A DNA stretch of 64,000 nucleotides from Clostridia bacterium (GCA_016292635.1 JAEDIC010000001.1:3275-67274), one strand, 5' to 3'. Positions 34,857-43,638 are shown, numbered from the stretch's first letter. The notes: generated by a model not told the origin, from the letters alone. Numbers and translations are program-made.

Positions 34857-37535
34857 TTATGCTTTCTCTATCCTTGCGGCGCAGACTTTCAGCTCAGGTA
34901 TCTTTGCTGTGGGATCGATAACGGTGTTGGTAAGGACATTTGCGGGGCCATCGGCAAAGTGGAAGGGCATGAACAGCACCCCTTCGGCTACTATGTCGGT
35001 TACCCTTGCCTCTACAACCAGACTGCCCCTGCGGGAGGTGACCCTTACCCTGTCGCCGCTTACAACTTCCAGCTTGGCGGCGTCTGCGGGGTTGATTTCA
35101 ACATAGGAGCGGCCGGATATATTCATAAGGCCCTCTACCCTGCCGGTCATGGTGCTGGTGTGATAGTGGTAAAGTATGCGTCCGGTGGTGAATATCATGG
35201 GGTATTCACCATCGGGAGTTTCGGCGGAGGGACGATAGGGAGCGGGCTTGAAGAGAGCCCTCTCGCCCCTGCTGAATTTGCCGATGTGCAGTATGGGGGT
35301 GCCGGGATGATCCGCAGTGGGGCAGGGCCACTGGAGAGAGCCCAGCTCCTCAAGGCGCGCGTAGCTCATTCCGCCGTAGGAGGGAGTTACAGCAGCCATT
35401 TCGGCGAATACTTCCTCAGCGGTCCTGAAGCTGTTTTTGTAGCCGATGGCAGCCATCACGTCGGAAAGTATCTCGAAATCCGCGCGGCTCTCGCCGATGG
35501 GATTGATGGCCTTGCGTATGCGCTGTACACGGCGCTCGGTGCTGGTGAAGGTGCCGTCCTTCTCAGCAAAGGAGGCGCCGGGAAGAACAACGTCCGCAAG
35601 CGCTGCGGTCTCGGTGAGGAATATATCCTGAACCACCAGCAGCTCGCACTTTTTAAGGGCCTTTTCAACATGGCCCAGGTCGGGGTCGGACATCATGGGA
35701 TTCTCGCCCATGATGTACAGGCCGCGAATCTTGCCTTCCTCAACGGCGTTGAGCATCTCGGTAACGGTAAGGCCGGGCTTGGAGGGCAGGCTTACGCCCC
35801 ATGCCTTTTCGAATTTTTCACGGGCCTCATCCTTGAATACTTTCTGGTATGCGGGATAGTCGGTGGGCAGGCAGCCCATATCGCAGGCGCCCTGAACGTT
35901 GTTCTGTCCGCGCAGGGGGTTTACGCCGCAGCCGTACTTTCCGATCTTGCCGCAGAGCAGAGCCAGGTTGGATGTGCCCATAACGCCCTCGGTGCCGGTG
36001 GAGTGCTGGGTAACGCCCATTGCGTAGTAGATGCCGGCCTTTTCAGCCTTGGCATAGAGGCGGGCGGCCTTTTTGAGCTCCTCGGCGTCGATATTGCATA
36101 TCTCCGCAACCACTTCGGGAGTGTAGTCCTTAACTGTTTCAACAAGCTCCTCGTAGCCCTCGGTGCGCTCGTCTATGTATTTCTGATCCTGCAGACCCTC
36201 GTTGATGATAACGTTCATCATGCCGTTGAAAAGGGCAACGTTGGTGCCGGGCTTTATCTGGAGGAATACATCGGCCTCACGGCAAAGGGGTATGCGGCGG
36301 GGTTCCGCAACGATTATCTTTGCGCCCTTCTTGTGTGCCTGGCGGATAAGGGAGCCGATAACGGGGTGCGTCTCGGTGGTATTGGAGCCCGTTACGAACA
36401 CAACGTCCTGATCCGCCGCCTCCGCGATGGAATTGGTCATTGCGCCGGAGCCGAGGGTTATGGCGAGGCCCGCAACTGTGGAGGCATGGCAGAGACGCGC
36501 GCAGTGGTCAACGTTGTTTGTGCCAATGGCGGCGCGCATCATCTTCTGGAATACATAGTTATCCTCATTGGAACAGCGGGCGCTGGAAAGACCCGCCAGA
36601 GCATCCGGGCCGCTTTCCGCCTTGATGGCCTTTATCTTATCGGCAATGTATGCGATGGCCTCGCTCCACTCCGCCTCAACCAGCTCCCCTCCCTTGCGGA
36701 TAAGGGGCTTCTTAAGGCGATCCTTGTGGTTGATGAAGCTGTAGCCAAATTTGCCCTTCACGCACATGAGGCCCTTATTGGCGGGGCCGTAAAGGGGCTG
36801 AGCGCCAACCACCTTGTCGTCCTTAACGATAAGGTCCATCTGGCAGCCAACGCCGCAATATGTGCAGGTGGTGGGCACTTTCTTGGTTTCAAAGGAGCGG
36901 AAGCGTTCCTTTGACTTGGGAAGCAGCGCGCCAACGGGGCAAACGGATACGCAGTTGCCGCAGGATACGCAGTTGCTGCTCTTGAGCAGATTCTGGAAGG
37001 GGGTGGATACCCTTGCCTTGAAGCCGCGGTTCACTACGCCTATTACAGCCTCGCCGTGGAGGTTCTGGCATACCTGAACGCAGCGCTGGCAAAGTATGCA
37101 CTGCTGAGGATTATAGGTGAAAAACTCGTTGGAATCGTCTATGGGATATTCGTTCTTTACGCCGGCATAGCTGGTCTTTTCCACGCCGTACTCATAGCAG
37201 AGATTCTGCAGCTGGCATTCGCCGTTTTTGGCGCAGCTGAAGCAGTCCGCATTGTGGGTGGAAAGTATAAGGTCCAGAACGTTCCTTCTGGCTTCGATAA
37301 CCTTTTCGGATTTGGTGAAAATCACATTGCCCTCTGCCACTGGGGTGGAGCAGGCGGTAAACAGCTTTGGCATACCCTCTATTTCCACCAGACACATACG
37401 GCAGGAAGCCTCGGGAGTAAGGTCCTTAAGGTAGCACAGGGTAGGGATCTCTATCCCCACGCTTTCCGCTGCCTGCAAAATCGTGGTTCCCTCGGGTACT
37501 TGCAGCCTGATTCCATCGATAGTTACGTTCAGCAT
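34857..37535 (-). CDS. fdhA: formate dehydrogenase catalytic subunit (bis-MGD, Cys-type) with fused NuoG-like Fe-S N-terminus
   Basis: 892 aa. N-terminal 2Fe-2S and 4Fe-4S Cys clusters, and a molybdopterin oxidoreductase body. The active-site region reads HCARLCHASTVAGL, with Cys where selenoenzymes have Sec. There is no in-frame TGA. Confidence 0.95.
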   Translation of the reverse strand: MLNVTIDGIRLQVPEGTTILQAAESVGIEIPTLCYLKDLTPEASCRMCLVEIEGMPKLFTACSTPVAEGNVIFTKSEKVIEARRNVLDLILSTHNADCFSCAKNGECQLQNLCYEYGVEKTSYAGVKNEYPIDDSNEFFTYNPQQCILCQRCVQVCQNLHGEAVIGVVNRGFKARVSTPFQNLLKSSNCVSCGNCVSVCPVGALLPKSKERFRSFETKKVPTTCTYCGVGCQMDLIVKDDKVVGAQPLYGPANKGLMCVKGKFGYSFINHKDRLKKPLIRKGGELVEAEWSEAIAYIADKIKAIKAESGPDALAGLSSARCSNEDNYVFQKMMRAAIGTNNVDHCARLCHASTVAGLAITLGSGAMTNSIAEAADQDVVFVTGSNTTETHPVIGSLIRQAHKKGAKIIVAEPRRIPLCREADVFLQIKPGTNVALFNGMMNVIINEGLQDQKYIDERTEGYEELVETVKDYTPEVVAEICNIDAEELKKAARLYAKAEKAGIYYAMGVTQHSTGTEGVMGTSNLALLCGKIGKYGCGVNPLRGQNNVQGACDMGCLPTDYPAYQKVFKDEAREKFEKAWGVSLPSKPGLTVTEMLNAVEEGKIRGLYIMGENPMMSDPDLGHVEKALKKCELLVVQDIFLTETAALADVVLPGASFAEKDGTFTSTERRVQRIRKAINPIGESRADFEILSDVMAAIGYKNSFRTAEEVFAEMAAVTPSYGGMSYARLEELGSLQWPCPTADHPGTPILHIGKFSRGERALFKPAPYRPSAETPDGEYPMIFTTGRILYHYHTSTMTGRVEGLMNISGRSYVEINPADAAKLEVVSGDRVRVTSRRGSLVVEARVTDIVAEGVLFMPFHFADGPANVLTNTVIDPTAKIPELKVCAARIEKA

Positions 37536-37818
37536 AGTTTCCTCCTCATTGATTTATAAAACTGAAATTATTAATTATAGCGGCCTTCTCCACTAAAAAA
37601 TGCAAATTTGCGCCATGGGGCGATGGATAATACAACAAAAAACCGGCACGGGTACATATCCGTATCCCCTGCGGCACGATAAGTTTTCTCTTTTTTTAAA
37701 ACGGAAACATCAAAGAAATGCTTTATAAGCCCATCGCTCCGTAATCAGCGAACGCGCCTGAAAATGAGAAAGCTGCATCCTGTGGAAAAAAACCATATAA
37801 TCGCGTGCTAACAAAGAT

Positions 37819-37847
37819 ATTATCCTATATCGGCAGAGATTTGTCAA
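37819..37847 (-). promoter_or_regulatory. candidate sigma-A promoter upstream of fdhA
   Basis: Minus strand reads TTGACA (37842-37847), a 17-nt spacer, then GATAAT (37819-37824). This would give a ~280-nt leader. Confidence 0.45.
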
Positions 37848-37851
37848 ATGT

Positions 37852-37864
37852 TTGATAATATCAA
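37852..37864. promoter_or_regulatory. perfect 13-bp palindrome TTGATAATATCAA, candidate operator
   Basis: It lies immediately upstream of the candidate fdhA -35 box, in the fdhA/moa divergent region. Confidence 0.4.
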
Positions 37865-37922
37865 AAAAAGCCGAAAACCGGCTCAAAATGACCCACGCGG
37901 GCAGGCTGGTTAAAGCCATCTA

Positions 37923-37951
37923 TTGCAAACTGAGAGCAAAACCCGTATAAT
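37923..37951 (+). promoter_or_regulatory. sigma-A type promoter for the MOSC-moaA-moaC-moaB-tupABC operon
   Basis: TTGCAA (37923-37928), a 17-nt spacer, then TATAAT (37946-37951). Confidence 0.6.
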
Positions 37952-38004
37952 GATAAAAAAATACCATAACACATTTGTCAATGTATTAACATATCAACAT
38001 TCCG

Positions 38005-38188
38005 ATTCCTCCTCCCTAAAGCGTTTTTGCCACGGGAGCCGGAACGATAGGGTGCGGAGGGAAACCGCCGTTGCCTGCCGGTGCGCAAAGGGACTGTTTT
38101 TTGGCATATGTCGGGTTCATTTTAGCTTTTATTCCAGCTGTTGATCCCATATGTGCCCTGCGCCGCAAAAGGCGCTTTTATTTTTATT
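38005..38188 (+). promoter_or_regulatory. candidate Moco/Tuco riboswitch with terminator expression platform
   Basis: Structured leader CCTCCTCCC...GGGAGCCGG...CGGAGGGAAACCG...CCTGCCGG...CAAAGGGA. An intrinsic terminator GCGCC-gcaaaa-GGCGC plus TTTTATTTTTATT follows (38160-38188), 50 nt before the first gene of a moa operon. The motif match is from memory of the Moco RNA consensus. Confidence 0.5.
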
Positions 38189-38236
38189 GGTTTATGTATA
38201 TCCTTAACTCACAGGCGGCAGGAGGCGTATCGGGAA

Positions 38237-38662
38237 ATGAAAATCAAGGAACTTTACATAGGCGGCAAAAAGGGTTTACCGCCCCAAAGGGTAAGCTCAA
38301 TGGAGCTTATGGCGGGGCAGGGCCCTGCCGGAGAAGCCCACGGCAAGCGTCAGGCGGGTATGTGGAGCGAAGAAGACAGGGAACGGCTTGAGTCCCTGAA
38401 GGAGCAGGCCCTCTGCGGCAAAAGATTCTTCGCGAACATTATGGTAGACAGTTTTGACGCCGGCCTTAAGGCGGGAGATATTCTCCGCTCAGGCGGTGCA
38501 GTAATGAAAATAGCCCCCGAAGGCAAGCGCTGCTTCGGCGAAGAATGCGAGCTTTTCCTTTCCGGCATACCCTGTCCGCTCCGTAGCTGCATATATCTCA
38601 CCATTGAGACAGGCGGCACAATATCCGAAAACGACCAAATCATCAGGGAGGACAGCCTGTGA
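38237..38662 (+). CDS. MOSC domain protein
   Basis: Start is MKIKELYIGG at 38237, after GGCAGGAGGCG. 141 aa with a MOSC-like beta-barrel pattern and conserved Cys (GKRCFGEEC). Confidence 0.7.
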   Translation: MKIKELYIGGKKGLPPQRVSSMELMAGQGPAGEAHGKRQAGMWSEEDRERLESLKEQALCGKRFFANIMVDSFDAGLKAGDILRSGGAVMKIAPEGKRCFGEECELFLSGIPCPLRSCIYLTIETGGTISENDQIIREDSL

Positions 38663-39609
38663 AAGACAGCTTTGGCAGAGAGATAAAGTATTTGCGCCTG
38701 TCCGTAACTGAGCTGTGCAATCTGCGCTGCAGGTACTGCATGCCGGAGGACGGCATATGCAAAAAGAGCCACGCCGATATGCTTACCGCAGAGGAAACGA
38801 TAGCGGCGGTAAGGGCGGCGGCCTCATTGGGCATAACCAAGGTGCGCATAACCGGGGGGGAGCCCCTTGTTAAGCGGAATGTAGTATCCCTTTGCCGCAG
38901 CGTGGCAAATGTTCCGGGCATAACCGAAGTATGTGTCACCACCAACGCCACACTGCTGGGCAGCCTTGCAATACCCCTCAGGGAAGCGGGGGTGAGCCAT
39001 GTAAACCTCAGCATGGACACCCTTGACCCGGACAAGTATCGCTACATCACCCGCCGGGGAGAGCTTAAGGACGCCCTGGATGGCCTGGACGCGGCGTTAA
39101 ACGCCGGGTTTGACAAGTTAAAACTCAACGCGGTTTTGATAGGCGGCTTTAACGACGACGAAATACCCGCAATTGCGGAGCTTAGCCGCAAGTATCCCAT
39201 GGACGTCAGGTTCATAGAGCTTATGCCCATGCATGACGGAGGGGAATTCGGCCCCGATGCGTACATACCCTGCGCAAAGGTGCTGGAATATCTTAAGGAC
39301 GCCGAGCCCGTTGGTCAGGATGGTGTGGCGGGAATGTACCGGCTGTCCGGGGCAAAGGGCCGCATTGGCCTGATAAGCCCCGTAAGCGCCCATTTCTGCG
39401 GCGCCTGCGACAGGCTGAGATTAACGGCGGACGGCAAGCTTAAGCCCTGCCTCCATTCCCCGGTGGAATACCCCATAAAGGGCCTTAACCAGGAGCAGAT
39501 GGCGGCGGAGATGAAGCGGGCCATACTTGCAAAGCCCCCCTGCCACGATGAGCTTTCCGCCACCAGCAGAAGCCATGCGGGGCGAACCATGAACCGGATA
39601 GGAGGATAG
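38659..39609 (+). CDS. moaA: GTP 3',8-cyclase MoaA (radical SAM)
   Basis: GTG start overlaps the MOSC stop (GTGA). LRLSVTELCNLRCRYCMPE radical-SAM cluster and a C-terminal CGACDRLRLTADGKLKPCL cluster. Confidence 0.95.
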   Translation: MKDSFGREIKYLRLSVTELCNLRCRYCMPEDGICKKSHADMLTAEETIAAVRAAASLGITKVRITGGEPLVKRNVVSLCRSVANVPGITEVCVTTNATLLGSLAIPLREAGVSHVNLSMDTLDPDKYRYITRRGELKDALDGLDAALNAGFDKLKLNAVLIGGFNDDEIPAIAELSRKYPMDVRFIELMPMHDGGEFGPDAYIPCAKVLEYLKDAEPVGQDGVAGMYRLSGAKGRIGLISPVSAHFCGACDRLRLTADGKLKPCLHSPVEYPIKGLNQEQMAAEMKRAILAKPPCHDELSATSRSHAGRTMNRIGG

Positions 39610-39611
39610 CC

Positions 39612-40091
39612 ATGGGAGACTTTACCCACTTTGACAATAAAGGCGGCGCGAAAATGGTGGACGTGGGCGAAAAGGACGTTACACGGCGCAAGGCCACGGC
39701 TGCAGCCCGGGTGCTGGTAAACGACGGCACATTTGAGCTTATCAGGGGCGGCGGCATGAAAAAGGGCGACGTGCTGCAGGTTGCCCGCATCGCCGGCATA
39801 ATGGGAGCAAAGCGCACCCCCGACATTATTCCCATGTGCCATCCCGTAATGATCGACGGAATAGAGATGGATCTCTGGCTGGACGAGGAACGCAAAAGCG
39901 TTGAGATCCGCTCATCGGTAAGCTGCAGCGGCCGCACCGGCGTTGAAATGGAAGCGCTTACCGCCGTATCCACAGCCGCCCTCACCGTATACGATATGTG
40001 CAAGGCGGTTCAGCGGGATATTACCATTACCGACATACGCCTCCTGAGCAAAGCAGGCGGCATACACGGCGATTACGCCGGGGAGAAATAA
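39612..40091 (+). CDS. moaC: cyclic pyranopterin monophosphate synthase MoaC
   Basis: 159 aa. KGDVLQVARIAGIMGAKRTPDIIPMCHP and MEALTAVSTAALTVYDMCKA motifs. Confidence 0.95.
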   Translation: MGDFTHFDNKGGAKMVDVGEKDVTRRKATAAARVLVNDGTFELIRGGGMKKGDVLQVARIAGIMGAKRTPDIIPMCHPVMIDGIEMDLWLDEERKSVEIRSSVSCSGRTGVEMEALTAVSTAALTVYDMCKAVQRDITITDIRLLSKAGGIHGDYAGEK

Positions 40092-40093
40092 AT

Positions 40094-41026
40094 ATGCAAT
40101 ACACCGCAGCGGTTTTGACAATAAGCGACAAGGGCTCGAGGGGCGAGCGCATAGACACCAGCGGCCCCGCCCTCTGCAAAATACTTAAAGAGCATGGCTA
40201 CAATGTTACCTACACAGCCATTTTGCCCGACGATATGGAAACCATAAAGGCGGAGCTTATCGACTGCTGCGACAGGCGGCAGACCGCCCTTGTGCTTACC
40301 ACCGGCGGCACAGGCTTTGCTCCCCGGGATGTTACCCCGGAGGCCACGCTGGCAGTTATAGAGCGGGAGACACGGGGCATAGCTGAGGCCATGCGCTCAG
40401 CCAGCATGGCTATAACTTCCCGGGGCTGCCTTTCAAGGGCGGCGGCGGGCATACGGGGAAACAGCCTTATAGTAAACCTGCCCGGAAGCGAAAAGGCCGC
40501 AAAGGAAAACATACTTTCCGTAATAGACCCCATAGGCCACGGTCTGGATGTGCTGAGGGCGGAGGTGCCCACGGACTGCGGCCCACAGACCGCCCTGATA
40601 AAGGCCGTATGCATAAGCGAGCGCAAAGGCACGCAAAAGCATACTGTGGACAGCATAGAGCTTAAGCCGGGTCACGGCATTGTGGGGGATTCCCACGGGG
40701 GGCAGTGGCACCGTCAAGTAAGCATACTTGGGACGGAGAGCGTTGCAAAGCTTCAGGAAAAGATATCCTTTACCCTGCTGCCCGGCGCTTTCGCGGAAAA
40801 CATTCTTTGCGAGGGCATATGTCTCTTCAGGCTGCCCGTCGGCACAAGGCTGAGAATAGGCACCGCCATATGCCGGGTCACCCAGATAGGCAAGGCCTGC
40901 CATGCGGACTGCGCTATTCGCCAAGCCGCCGGCGACTGCGTAATGCCGAGAGAAGGCATATTTGTGGAAGTGCTTGAAGGGGGCATCGCAAGGGCCGGGG
41001 ATACCATAGAGACCCTGCCCCAATAA
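40094..41026 (+). CDS. MoaB/MogA-like MoCF-biosynthesis domain fused to a MOSC domain
   Basis: Start is MQYTAAVLTISDKGS at 40094. The N-terminal ~165 aa is MoaB/Mog-like (LVLTTGGTGFAPRDVTPEAT, LPGSEKAA). The C-terminal ~140 aa is MOSC-like. Confidence 0.85.
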   Translation: MQYTAAVLTISDKGSRGERIDTSGPALCKILKEHGYNVTYTAILPDDMETIKAELIDCCDRRQTALVLTTGGTGFAPRDVTPEATLAVIERETRGIAEAMRSASMAITSRGCLSRAAAGIRGNSLIVNLPGSEKAAKENILSVIDPIGHGLDVLRAEVPTDCGPQTALIKAVCISERKGTQKHTVDSIELKPGHGIVGDSHGGQWHRQVSILGTESVAKLQEKISFTLLPGAFAENILCEGICLFRLPVGTRLRIGTAICRVTQIGKACHADCAIRQAAGDCVMPREGIFVEVLEGGIARAGDTIETLPQ

Positions 41027-41106
41027 TTTTCCTTGCAGACAATACGCCCGCCTTTGGACGATTGCTGATAAACTAAACACCTAAGCAAAAAACAGGAGGA
41101 ACCAAA

Positions 41107-42144
41107 ATGAAGAAACTGTTGGCAACCCTTTTGATCGCCCTTATGACGCTGGGCCTCGTGGCAGGCTGCGCTCCCGCTCAGGAAGCCGTTGAAGCCCCCG
41201 TGGAGGAAGCTGCAGAAGAAGTAGTGGCTGAGGAAGTTGTTGAGGAGCCCATTGAAGAAGCCGCAGCTCTGAACACAGTTATCCTCAAGGAGCAGGATGA
41301 CAAGATGATCAACACCTACTCCGTTATCGCCGTTGACCCCGAGGCTCCCTTTGCGGACGCTGACGGCAACGCTGTTGAAGACGTGGCAATAAACACCGCC
41401 GGCGCAGACGCTCTCATCAAGTTCCTCCTCAGCGAGGAAGGCCTTAAGCTGGCAGGCGAATACGGCGTTGAGCAGTATGGCGACTATCTCTTCTATGTAA
41501 AGGAAGACGCTCCCCGTTACGAGGGCGAAATAGCCGCCGCAACCGAGGAGACCAAGGTCATCCGTCTCTCCACCACCACCTCCGTAAATGACTCCGGCCT
41601 CCTGGGCTATCTGCTGCCCGCCTTTGAAAACGCCTATGGCTACACCGTGGAAGTTCAGTCCGCCGGCACCGGCAAGGCCATCGCCGCCGCCAAGTACGGC
41701 AACGCCGACCTTATCCTCGTTCACTCCAAGAGCCAGGAAGAAGCCTTTGTTGAGGAAGGCTTTGCCCGTGTATTGGACGGTTTTGAGGGCGAGCGTCTCT
41801 CCTTCCTCTATAACTTCTTTGTACTCTGCGGCCCCAGCGAAGACCCCGCCGGCGCAGCCGCTGCCGCCGATGTTCTCACCGCTTTCGCATCCATTGCCGA
41901 TGGTAAGTACACCTTCATCTCCCGCGGCGATGCTTCCGGCACCCATACCAAGGAGCTGTCCCTCTGGCCCGAGGAGCTTGGCATAACCGCCGAGGCCGAT
42001 TCTTTTGCCGGCTACACCGATTGGTATGTTTCCGCCAACACCGGCATGGGCGCCTGCCTTGTAATGGCTGAGGAAATGGGCGGCTATATCCTTACCGATA
42101 AGGCCACCTTCCTTACCTTCGTTGCCAACGGCGGCGTAATGTAA
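41107..42144 (+). CDS. tupA: tungstate ABC transporter substrate-binding lipoprotein (TupA-like), apparently circularly permuted
   Basis: Lipobox LVAGC followed by an acidic linker. The TupA anion-binding motifs RLSTTTSVNDSGLL and SRGDASGTHTKE are present. The NTYSVIAVDP...FLLSEEG segment, normally C-terminal, lies N-terminal to them. Confidence 0.8.
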   Translation: MKKLLATLLIALMTLGLVAGCAPAQEAVEAPVEEAAEEVVAEEVVEEPIEEAAALNTVILKEQDDKMINTYSVIAVDPEAPFADADGNAVEDVAINTAGADALIKFLLSEEGLKLAGEYGVEQYGDYLFYVKEDAPRYEGEIAAATEETKVIRLSTTTSVNDSGLLGYLLPAFENAYGYTVEVQSAGTGKAIAAAKYGNADLILVHSKSQEEAFVEEGFARVLDGFEGERLSFLYNFFVLCGPSEDPAGAAAAADVLTAFASIADGKYTFISRGDASGTHTKELSLWPEELGITAEADSFAGYTDWYVSANTGMGACLVMAEEMGGYILTDKATFLTFVANGGVM

Positions 42145-42227
42145 GGTATTGAAAAGAATTTCTGAATAAAGCATAATACCATTGGGCGGAGCCTTCCGCC
42201 CAATGACGACTTTTGGGAGGTTACATA

Positions 42228-42914
42228 ATGCAGTCTGCGCTGGAAAAGGCCGTTGAGCTCATATTATCCGGCAACCGGGAGCTTATGAGCATACTCTCGG
42301 TTACCGCCCGCATGAGCATAAGCAGCTCCCTCATTGCGCTGCTTATAGGCGTGCCCATCGGCATATGGTTGGGCTCCTGCTCCTTTAGGGGGAGGGAGGC
42401 GCTTGTGGTGATAAACCGCACCCTTATGAGTATGCCCCCGGTGGTATGCGGACTGCTTTTTTATCTGCTTTTCTCAGGGGTAGGCCCCTTCAGGAGCATG
42501 AAGCTGCTGTTCACCGTTGAAATAATGATAATGGCTCAGGTGGTGCTGATAACCCCAATAGTGGTTGGCAATATGGAAAGCTATGTTGCCGCCGTTGCCC
42601 TCCCTGTAAAGGAAACCGCAAGGGGCCTTGGCATAGGGGGCGGAAAGACCCTGCTGCTGCTCCTCAATGAATGCGTATATCAGATATTTTCGGTATATCT
42701 TCTGGCCTTCGCAAGGGCCATAGCCGAGGTTGGCGCCGTAAGTATGGTTGGCGGGGCAATAGCATGGAAAACCAACGTAATGACCACCGCCATAATGCAG
42801 TATACCAACCGTGGAGATTTTTCCATGGGAATAGCCTTGGGCATAATACTTATGACATCGTCCTTGCTTGTTAATATAGCCATATCCCTGCTGCAAAGGA
42901 GGGTAAGCCGATGA
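42228..42914 (+). CDS. tupB: tungstate ABC transporter permease (TupB-like)
   Basis: Start is MQSALEKA at 42228. About 228 aa with 5-6 TM helices. ETARGLGIGGGKT corresponds to the EAA-loop region. Confidence 0.8.
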   Translation: MQSALEKAVELILSGNRELMSILSVTARMSISSSLIALLIGVPIGIWLGSCSFRGREALVVINRTLMSMPPVVCGLLFYLLFSGVGPFRSMKLLFTVEIMIMAQVVLITPIVVGNMESYVAAVALPVKETARGLGIGGGKTLLLLLNECVYQIFSVYLLAFARAIAEVGAVSMVGGAIAWKTNVMTTAIMQYTNRGDFSMGIALGIILMTSSLLVNIAISLLQRRVSR

Positions 42915-43567
42915 AAATAAAGCCCTTTACAAAGACATATGACGGCAGAACGGTATTGGATATGCCTGAACTTGAATTGACAGAGGGCAGTATATACGCG
43001 GTTATCGGCGCAAACGGCAGCGGCAAATCCACCATGGCCCGCATTCTTGCCGGGGCGCTGCCATGCGACAGCGGCAGCCCCGTGCTGGATAGAGCCGTAT
43101 CCGTTGGCTATATGCCCCAAAAGAGCTACGCCTTCCGCATGAGCGCGGAGAAAAACATACTGCTCAGCGGCGGCAATGCAAAAAAGGCAAAGGAGCTTAT
43201 GGAGCGCCTTGGTATTATATCCCTCGCCCGCAACCGTGCGGATAAGCTTTCCGGCGGGGAGACCTCCCGCATGGCCCTCGCCCGGCTGATGATGGGCAAA
43301 TACGGCCTTGTGATACTGGATGAACCCACCGCCGCCATGGATATGGAATCCACCGCCCTGTCCGAGGAGCTTATACGGGATTATTGCAGGGAAACCGGCT
43401 GCACCCTGCTGCTGGTCACCCACAGCCTCCGTCAGGCCCGCCGCCTTGGGGATGAGGCTATATTCCTACATGAGGGCAAGCTTTGGGAGCGGGGTTCTGT
43501 GGAAAAGGTTCTCTTTGCCCCGGAAAAGCCTGAAACCGCCCAGTTTTTGGAGTTTTACGGGGTATAA
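42911..43567 (+). CDS. tupC: tungstate ABC transporter ATP-binding protein (TupC-like)
   Basis: 218 aa. Walker A GANGSGKST, signature LSGGETSR and Walker B LVILDEPT. The start overlaps the tupB stop. Confidence 0.85.
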   Translation: MKIKPFTKTYDGRTVLDMPELELTEGSIYAVIGANGSGKSTMARILAGALPCDSGSPVLDRAVSVGYMPQKSYAFRMSAEKNILLSGGNAKKAKELMERLGIISLARNRADKLSGGETSRMALARLMMGKYGLVILDEPTAAMDMESTALSEELIRDYCRETGCTLLLVTHSLRQARRLGDEAIFLHEGKLWERGSVEKVLFAPEKPETAQFLEFYGV

Positions 43568-43638
43568 TATCCCATGCAATAACGATTCCCCCATAGCGGG
43601 AGATATTTCAGTTTCGGGCATAGTCCTGATACAATTAG

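Noticed and set aside
34857-37535. Selenocysteine-containing formate dehydrogenase with SECIS element.
   Set aside because: The reading frame is uninterrupted, and the active-site position reads Cys (HCARLCHAST). There is no in-frame TGA, so no SECIS is needed.
37852-37864. Calling the TTGATAATATCAA palindrome an FNR/CRP box.
   Set aside because: The canonical box is TTGAT-N4-ATCAA (14 bp). This site has only a 3-nt spacer (13 bp), so I report it as an unassigned operator candidate rather than an FNR site.
37710-37919. 69-aa ORF on the minus strand in the fdhA/moa intergenic region.
   Set aside because: It overlaps both candidate promoters and the palindrome, has no RBS and has hydrophobic low-information composition. 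It is most likely non-coding.
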